64,000 bases of DNA from a virus (taxonomy: Duplodnaviria > Caudoviricetes): positions 1 through 64,000 of the IMG/VR virus record IMGVR_UViG_3300037634_002636; one strand, given 5' to 3'. The notes below the pieces were generated by a model, which was given only the letters and a program-made list of their open reading frames with translations, had not been told where the DNA came from and ran no database searches. Shown piece by piece: positions 29,397-35,295 of the stretch. Made by a program: the position numbers and the translations under genes. Positions within the stretch are counted from its first letter, which is position 1, and every line of letters starts with the position of its first letter.

Positions 29397-29607
29397 CTAC
29401 AATCTTTATCTTAGAGTTCTTTGCTTGGTTATTATATTCAATTACATAAGGTTCTATATCCTCACGTGTACATATAAAAGATAGAAATACTTCTATTTCT
29501 TTAGACGCTGCATGTAGATTATTGCGAATTATATTAACTTTAGGATACTCCTCTTTAAGTTTAGTGAAGTCTCCTAAGCTAATAGTTACTGTTCCAATTA
29601 CTTCCAT
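29344..29607 (-). CDS. Hypothetical protein
   Basis: ORF track; coupled to neighbouring genes. Confidence 0.65.
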   Translation of the reverse strand: MEVIGTVTISLGDFTKLKEEYPKVNIIRNNLHAASKEIEVFLSFICTREDIEPYVIEYNNQAKNSKIKIVDGKAKIEFNEKINDNRK

Positions 29608-29870
29608 TAAAATGTACCTAATACTTGGAATTCTTGTATTAATAAATAATTACAGTCCTCTATAGTAGAACGAACCGCCTCTGTACGGGGATCAATTAAT
29701 ACAGTATCACCTGCTTCAACAAATTTACAGTCTGGGCCCACTTTAAGCGCCTCTAATACATTAGTTGACTGCGCTTTAGCAGCAGCTTCACCTAATATAA
29801 TACCTGATTCTGTTTTAGTTTTGGTAGGATCTGGGATAAGGATCCAGTTTCCATTTGGTGTAAATTTCAT
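29607..29870 (-). CDS. groES: Co-chaperonin GroES (Cpn10)
   Basis: FTPNGNWILI, mobile loop KTESGIIL, VGP..VEAGDTVL, YLLIQEFQVLG. Confidence 0.88.
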   Translation of the reverse strand: MKFTPNGNWILIPDPTKTKTESGIILGEAAAKAQSTNVLEALKVGPDCKFVEAGDTVLIDPRTEAVRSTIEDCNYLLIQEFQVLGTF

Positions 29871-29888
29871 AGTTTATATATTTTTTGA

Positions 29889-29919
29889 CAAAGATATAAA
29901 CTATTTCTTTATAAACAAA
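29889..29919 (-). promoter_or_regulatory. Bacteroidota promoter (-7 TATCTTTG with upstream TTTG)
   Basis: Minus strand TATCTTTG at 29896-29889 and TTTG near 29915-29918. Confidence 0.75.
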
Positions 29920-29934
29920 TATTTTTTACAATTT

Positions 29935-30150
29935 TTATTCTTGTATCCAAGCAGAAGAATTCACTATTGCTAATATTTCCTCGTGAGTATATTGGTGTAG
30001 ACCTGTTAAAAAATTAGGAGTTTCACCTATAAATTTTAATACTGTTTTTGTTCCATCTAAAGATAATCTTAATGTATCTTGACTTATTTCTCTTACTTGA
30101 GAAAAATCAATACTTGCTATATTTGTCATATCATAAATTACATATATCAT
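29935..30150 (-). CDS. Small phage protein associated with the LamG gene
   Basis: IDFSQV...TLRLSLDGTKTVLKF...YTHEEILAI..W; coupled to the LamG gene. Confidence 0.7.
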   Translation of the reverse strand: MIYVIYDMTNIASIDFSQVREISQDTLRLSLDGTKTVLKFIGETPNFLTGLHQYTHEEILAIVNSSAWIQE

Positions 30151-30161
30151 ATCAATATTTT

Positions 30162-30908
30162 TTAAGGTACAGCTGTTGTTATATCTCCACTAACCATATT
30201 TGTCATTGTTCCGTCGTTACTGTTAGAACTGTCATCAGGTATTGTTGGGGATGTAGCACCATCACCCATTCTCCAATAACCAACCAATCCTGTATGTGAT
30301 GATAAGTCAGTTGGTGTCCCGCTATTATAAATATCTGTTACTTGTGCTGATGATAACTCTATATTAAATAACGCAACTTCATCTATGTCCCCATCTAAAT
30401 AAAACGAGTTCATTTCAGAAGAAGCAATCCTTAAAGCAGAAGTTGTGTTTTCCATTGCTGTATATGTCCCTGAAGATGTTTGGGTTTGTGTTGGGGACGA
30501 CCCATCTTTATAAATAGTTATCCCTGTCTGACTGCCACTACCATCATAAGTAAAAGTATAATAAACCCAACTTCCTGTACTAACTACATCATCCAGTTGA
30601 CATTGTATATAAGCATTAGTGCTCTGGTCATACAATCTAAATCTTAACTTATCAGTATGACCAGAAAGAATATGATACTCTTTAGTAGATGATCCTGCCT
30701 TTGCACAAAATGGCTGTTGTGATGGGTCATTTAATTTAACCCACATTGATATACTAAAAGAGCTATCTGTTGAGCCATCACCAAAAGAAAAATCATTACT
30801 ATCACCGCAGTCTATATAATCATCAACACCATCAAAGTTTATTGACTTGATATTAGAAAATCCACTAATAGCTCCACTAGTACTTAAACTTGCTCCTAAT
30901 CCTAACAT
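30162..30908 (-). CDS. LamG/concanavalin A-like virion protein
   Basis: SINFDGVDDYID, FSISMWVK, GDIDEVALFN and LVGYWRMGDG motifs; N-terminal MLGLG. Confidence 0.85.
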   Translation of the reverse strand: MLGLGASLSTSGAISGFSNIKSINFDGVDDYIDCGDSNDFSFGDGSTDSSFSISMWVKLNDPSQQPFCAKAGSSTKEYHILSGHTDKLRFRLYDQSTNAYIQCQLDDVVSTGSWVYYTFTYDGSGSQTGITIYKDGSSPTQTQTSSGTYTAMENTTSALRIASSEMNSFYLDGDIDEVALFNIELSSAQVTDIYNSGTPTDLSSHTGLVGYWRMGDGATSPTIPDDSSNSNDGTMTNMVSGDITTAVP

Positions 30909-30911
30909 TTA

Positions 30912-31199
30912 TTATTTTTTATATGCTAATACTTTACCAGCAGTTACTAAATATATAGATGTAAAATTACCATATATCGTTACTCCTTTTGGAATTATAA
31001 AGTCTGCCCCATTAGTAATATTAGTTGTACATGCTGAATGATCTATTGTAGAGTCTTCTAAAGCTGTAACCGCAAAAAACGGTCCTGCGTGCAATGCACC
31101 TACAGTTGGTATTAATACCGTTTCACTAGGTTGTATTGCTGATCTTGTATTATTTTTTACATCATTTATTAATGCCTCTTGTTCTGTTCTTATTGCCAT
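30912..31199 (-). CDS. Small beta-rich virion protein, paralog of 2342..2695
   Basis: Alignable C-terminal two-thirds. Confidence 0.7.
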   Translation of the reverse strand: MAIRTEQEALINDVKNNTRSAIQPSETVLIPTVGALHAGPFFAVTALEDSTIDHSACTTNITNGADFIIPKGVTIYGNFTSIYLVTAGKVLAYKK

Positions 31200-31231
31200 T
31201 TTTTTATTTTTTATTTTAAAAAAGATATAAT

Positions 31232-31462
31232 TATCCCCCTTTGGGATTCTTTTTCAAGTTTAGATTTCCGTTTAGCAGTGCTCCAATGGACCTAGGGATA
31301 ATAAGACCGGTGTTAATTCACCACACATACTTATGTGTACTCTACCCCAACTAAATTTTATACTTAACTCTTTTGCAACTACCGGAGAAAACTCTAATCC
31401 TTATTTAGGATCTACAATCCGATGTCTTTGCCCTTTTATGGTTACCAGGGGCTGAAATTGTT
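31232..31462 (-). ncRNA. Candidate large structured RNA (leader of the late operon or stand-alone ncRNA)
   Basis: GC-enriched intergenic island directly downstream of a TATCTTTG box, with at least 7 nested helices found by manual folding (see findings). Confidence 0.55.
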
Positions 31463-31468
31463 GCGGTG

Positions 31469-31476
31469 CAAAGATA
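31469..31476 (-). promoter_or_regulatory. Bacteroidota -7 box driving the structured RNA/late operon
   Basis: TATCTTTG(C) on the minus strand. Confidence 0.7.
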
Positions 31477-31545
31477 AAATAAAATAATTGATATAAAAAA
31501 ATAAAATGGGAAAAAAATTTTTTTAATTTGTTATTGAGTGTGTGA

Positions 31546-31589
31546 AGGTCCCCAAATGTAACCCCTATCGGGAATAGTGATTGGGACCT
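31546..31589 (+). promoter_or_regulatory. GC-rich hairpin ahead of the first early gene (candidate vRNAP promoter or terminus signal)
   Basis: AGGTCCC...GGGACCT inverted repeat at the divergent strand switch. Confidence 0.35.
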
Positions 31590-31654
31590 CCTCCCCTTCA
31601 TATTCTCAAATTTTTACATTTTGTAAAGATACAGAATAAATACATACTTAATTT

Positions 31655-32002
31655 ATGGCAACAAAATCCGTATTAGCTAAACCATTGTCTATTGACAAAA
31701 TCAGAAAGGAAATAGACAATTACATTAAAGAAGGAAGAACAACAGCCTTTGGTGGTGGAACTAAATTACCGTTAGATACGACTGATAAATCAGCGACTCT
31801 TACAGGTAACTATGAAAATATTCCTTACACTAATGCAAGTGGTGAAGATAAAGTTCTTACTCTTGCTGAGTTCAAATGTGGTACTATCTTAGATACGACT
31901 GCAGTAAACCATTCAGATACTAGATTGGTAAAAGGTACAAAAATTCTAGTTTCTGTAAAAGAAATATCAGGACAAATGCGAAACAGAATAGAATTTGTCT
32001 AA
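31655..32002 (+). CDS. Early hypothetical protein (possible OB-fold)
   Basis: ORF track; first gene of the plus-strand block, with its own terminator. Confidence 0.75.
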   Translation: MATKSVLAKPLSIDKIRKEIDNYIKEGRTTAFGGGTKLPLDTTDKSATLTGNYENIPYTNASGEDKVLTLAEFKCGTILDTTAVNHSDTRLVKGTKILVSVKEISGQMRNRIEFV

Positions 32003-32015
32003 TCATTTCACAATT

Positions 32016-32042
32016 AAGGGAGAGTAATTCTCCCTTTTTTTT
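32016..32042 (+). terminator. Rho-independent terminator
   Basis: AAGGGAGA-GTAAT-TCTCCCTT followed by a T-run. Confidence 0.85.
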
Positions 32043-32278
32043 AAATGAATGCAACTTATTATGTCGTGAGAGTGTACACCAACGCTCTCACAGGCATTTT
32101 AAGCATTTATAATTAACTATGTATTTCAGGAGTATTAAATAAATATAACACAAACAACAGTTGAGGTAAAGTGGAGTGTCCATATAGATCATAGAACAAC
32201 CACATCTAAAATAACTCTGGGACATGTAGTAAACTTACTGTTGTTTTATAAAATAGAAAGGACGTGATAATCGTCGTA

Positions 32279-32348
32279 TTCCTAGGCATGAAGACAAAAG
32301 GCTTTTTAACTAACCTTGACACAGACGAGACAACTGGATAAAACTGTC
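32279..32348 (+). promoter_or_regulatory. Two tandem H-type pseudoknot-like motifs in the 5' leader
   Basis: TTC-CTAGGCAT-GAA-GACAAAAG-GCTT and CAG-ACGAGACAA-CTG-GATAAAAC-TGTC. Confidence 0.45.
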
Positions 32349-32358
32349 ACTAATTATT

Positions 32359-32835
32359 ATGAATTCAAATGAAAAAAATGTTGAACTATTATACCAGGAC
32401 ATGGATACTAAGTTTAACAAAAACTATTATCGTAACAAATATGTAGAAACAACTAATAAAATTGCACATATGACTGGCACAATAGTAGATCTTCAACAAC
32501 AGTTAATAACAGCAAAAGATAGAATAGATATTCTTAAATCAACTAATAGCACTTATAAAAAGACTATAATGCTAAAGGATGGTAATGAAGCACTTCATAA
32601 CTTATTTTCTAAAACAGAAATAGAGTTAATAGAATATAAGAACTATCTTAAGACAGCACATTGGAAGATAAACAATTTAGAACAACAATTATTAGAAAAA
32701 CAAGATGAGTTATTAAAAGCTCATTTTATAATTCAACATCTTACAGAAGATGTAGATGTTATAGATCTAATGAAAAGAGTTCAAGAAGTAAGAAAACAAA
32801 GAGAACAAGATCGTTTGGAAGACCAAGCGATGTAA
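32359..32835 (+). CDS. Early coiled-coil protein
   Basis: ORF track; heptad-rich. Confidence 0.75.
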   Translation: MNSNEKNVELLYQDMDTKFNKNYYRNKYVETTNKIAHMTGTIVDLQQQLITAKDRIDILKSTNSTYKKTIMLKDGNEALHNLFSKTEIELIEYKNYLKTAHWKINNLEQQLLEKQDELLKAHFIIQHLTEDVDVIDLMKRVQEVRKQREQDRLEDQAM

Positions 32836-32840
32836 TAATT

Positions 32841-32880
32841 AACCTTGATAAACAGAAGAGTCAACTGGATAACACGGACA
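32841..32880 (+). repeat. Near-copy of the 32312-32349 intergenic motif
   Basis: AACCTTGA..ACAGA.GAG.CAACTGGATAA.AC.G.CA shared between the two sites. Confidence 0.85.
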
Positions 32881-32889
32881 ACAAAGACA

Positions 32890-33063
32890 ATGACAATTAA
32901 AACAGAACATGAATTCATACCACATTGTGGTATTGGATTAGGAACAGCAAGTAGATTAAGACATGGATGGAATTGGTATGGTATAAATATTCAATTACCA
33001 TTTATCATGATTTGTATCTTACTTAAATGGAGTGATGCAGATAAAGCAACAACAAATTTATAA
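32890..33063 (+). CDS. Small early protein (ATG 32890 preferred over TTG 32845)
   Basis: MTIKTEHEFIPHCGIGLG...; the upstream TTG lies inside the repeated intergenic motif. Confidence 0.6.
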   Translation: MTIKTEHEFIPHCGIGLGTASRLRHGWNWYGINIQLPFIMICILLKWSDADKATTNL

Positions 33064-33137
33064 CAATGTGCCTAAGTAAGCCTAAACTGCTTGTAGTACT
33101 ACATTTTGTAGTATTATAATTATAAACCTTGACAGAT

Positions 33138-33803
33138 ATGAACAAAAGACAAGAAGTCAACTATTGTGTTTCAGGCACAACAGGACGTAAAATAGCACCT
33201 TATACTAGTATGTATAAGCCAAAACCTGAAAACTGGTTCAAAAGAAACATACGTTATCCTTATAATGCAATATTAACGTGGTTAGCTTGTATTGGAACAG
33301 TAATAACAATATTACTATTACTAACATCATGTAGTATGCCTCCAAAATGTGGAGATCCAATAGGCGAGTTTAATAATGTTATAGTATATTATAATGATGG
33401 ATTTAATTCATGCGATGATAGACATTTTGCAAGTGATGGATATTCATATGGTATGAAATGGCAATGTGTTGAATACATTAGAAGATACTACAAAGATGTA
33501 TTTAATCATGAAATGGTAAAATGGGGACATGCTAGTGGATATTTTGATAAAACTGTTGAAAATGGTGATCGAAATACTACACGAGGCTTAACTCAATATT
33601 ATAATGGTATGGAAAAACCACAAGTACATGATATTGTAGTTTGGAACGGTAAATATGGTCATGTTGCAATTGTAACTGAAGTAACAGATGATTATATAAC
33701 TGTAATTGCCCAAAATATTGGAGCTCAATGTATAAATAAATTAGAATTAGAAGGTAATACAATTGCACCTGGTTTTAATGTTCTTGGGTTATTAAGATTA
33801 TAG
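33138..33803 (+). CDS. Membrane-anchored/lipoprotein CHAP-domain amidase
   Basis: TM segment ending in lipobox-like LLLTSC; CHAP motifs GMKWQCVEYIRRY and YGHVAIV; ATG at 33138. Confidence 0.8.
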   Translation: MNKRQEVNYCVSGTTGRKIAPYTSMYKPKPENWFKRNIRYPYNAILTWLACIGTVITILLLLTSCSMPPKCGDPIGEFNNVIVYYNDGFNSCDDRHFASDGYSYGMKWQCVEYIRRYYKDVFNHEMVKWGHASGYFDKTVENGDRNTTRGLTQYYNGMEKPQVHDIVVWNGKYGHVAIVTEVTDDYITVIAQNIGAQCINKLELEGNTIAPGFNVLGLLRL

Positions 33804-33943
33804 AAAGTAGTACTTTATTAGCGTAAAGTAACAGACAGGTAGAGGTGACTCTATGAATAAAAACAAGTATTACAACAAGACATAATTGCTAGCGCAAAAA
33901 CTATTGTTGTATATTAAATTACATTTATATGGTATGCAAGCAG

Positions 33944-33951
33944 TATATTTG
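33944..33951 (+). promoter_or_regulatory. Bacteroidota -7 box
   Basis: TATATTTG in an intergenic region. Confidence 0.5.
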
Positions 33952-34120
33952 TGAGCCTGTCTACTACTTTTTATATTAAAATATACAGAATAGAATGAGT
34001 AAAATATTTCATAATATCACTTATTTTGTCGTAAGAGGTTGCGATTCCATCTCAATTCTATTCTATAAAACACAAGTATTACGCACATAAAATGAATGTT
34101 AAATTAAATAAATCAAAGAG

Positions 34121-34348
34121 ATGAAAATCAAGATTAAAGGTGTTTGTGTTGACATAAACAGACCAAGAACTCAAGAAGATTTAAACAGATTACTAAATGT
34201 GTGTAAGTCAGAAGCCTCGACAGCTTCAGGAGCAAGAAAACAATTTATTCATATGATTATTAAAATGATTGATAGCAAACTCACGAAAGAGTACTATTCA
34301 TCAACTAAAATAAATATATATGAAGAAAAAACAGTTAAACTTGCGTAA
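34121..34348 (+). CDS. Hypothetical protein
   Basis: ORF track. Confidence 0.6.
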   Translation: MKIKIKGVCVDINRPRTQEDLNRLLNVCKSEASTASGARKQFIHMIIKMIDSKLTKEYYSSTKINIYEEKTVKLA

Positions 34349-35024
34349 CTCTGGTGATGCAGAATCATTAGAACAAGATAATAGTCTTTTACAAGCTGTT
34401 ATCAAAACAAACTCAGAAGCTGGACTTCTTCAGATTAGGTTACTAGAAATAGTAGCACCTGATCCTGAAGAGTCTAGAGATCTGAAACAATTATTTCAAT
34501 CAATAACGAGAGCTGATAATAATGATCGTAAACCAAGACATGCATATATGCCAATAGGTTATGCAGAGTTAGAAGCTTTTTTTGGTATTAAAATATCAGA
34601 AAGAAGTGATTGGAAAATAAACAAAAGAGGTAAAGAAGAGTTAACATTAAATATGCTTAATCCAACATTTATTAAATCATTTAATAAAGGTAAGAGATTA
34701 AGAGTACAAGTGAGAGAGTCAGTATATCCTAAAGATGAATGGCAAGCAGATCATGCTGATGATGAAGTTAAAATAAATCCATCAACCGGACAAAGATATT
34801 ATTATGAAGGACAATATATATTTGCTAATTGTTTTATAGTTGTAGGTAAACCCAAACATATATGGTTAGCTGCTGATGCAGATTATAGAGAAAAAGGGAC
34901 ATTTAAATTAGACACAAAAGATAAAACTAAATTTGAAGATTTAAGTTGGTCTCCTCCAAAGAATATTATAATTCCAAAAAAAGGTTCATTTGATGATTTG
35001 CGAAAAAGTTTAGAATTATCATAA
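34320..35024 (+). CDS. Hypothetical protein
   Basis: ORF track, 234 aa. Confidence 0.75.
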   Translation: MKKKQLNLRNSGDAESLEQDNSLLQAVIKTNSEAGLLQIRLLEIVAPDPEESRDLKQLFQSITRADNNDRKPRHAYMPIGYAELEAFFGIKISERSDWKINKRGKEELTLNMLNPTFIKSFNKGKRLRVQVRESVYPKDEWQADHADDEVKINPSTGQRYYYEGQYIFANCFIVVGKPKHIWLAADADYREKGTFKLDTKDKTKFEDLSWSPPKNIIIPKKGSFDDLRKSLELS

Positions 35025-35062
35025 AAATTTTAATAAATACACTGTTATATTAAATTTCTTTG

Positions 35063-35070
35063 TATATTTG
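35063..35070 (+). promoter_or_regulatory. Bacteroidota -7 box
   Basis: TATATTTG(C) in an intergenic region. Confidence 0.7.
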
Positions 35071-35076
35071 CATAGA

Positions 35077-35192
35077 ATTGTAATAAAATTTAATATACAT
35101 AAATGTTAACTGATTGAGTTTAAATGGTTTATATAGACTACGGCTATTTAACGCTACTGAAACCAGGGGAAGAAATTCCTCTGGTTTTCTTT
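35077..35192 (+). ncRNA. Candidate trans-acting sRNA (~115 nt)
   Basis: Bounded by a -7 box and a strong terminator; the central hairpin displays a seed complementary to the MCP 3' UTR. Confidence 0.5.
35160..35192 (+). terminator. Rho-independent terminator
   Basis: AAACCAGGGGAA-GAAA-TTCCTCTGGTTT followed by TCTTT. Confidence 0.8.
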
Positions 35193-35197
35193 ACTAG

Positions 35198-35290
35198 ATG
35201 GAAGAAATAATAAGAAATATAATAGCGGCTTTTATAGTATTCATAATACCATTATGTATTATGTATGATAAATTACGCAATAAAAATTAA
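35198..35290 (+). CDS. Small membrane peptide, 30 aa
   Basis: MEEIIRNIIAAFIVFIIPLCIMYDKLRNKN. Confidence 0.4.
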   Translation: MEEIIRNIIAAFIVFIIPLCIMYDKLRNKN

Positions 35291-35295
35291 AATTT

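Noticed and set aside
31401-31601. 66-aa minus-strand ORF
   Set aside because: Spans an A/T tract, a promoter box and the structured RNA; not protein-like
32845-32889. TTG start extension of the 72-aa ORF (likewise TTG 33129)
   Set aside because: The TTG belongs to the repeated AACCTTGA motif; downstream ATGs are more plausible
32279-33132. Early-region repeats as a CRISPR mini-array
   Set aside because: Copies are degenerate, irregularly spaced and separated by genes; no cas genes
33987-34064. Canonical tRNA gene
   Set aside because: No valid D-arm, anticodon stem or TTCRA T-loop; no intact tRNA was recognised anywhere in the window
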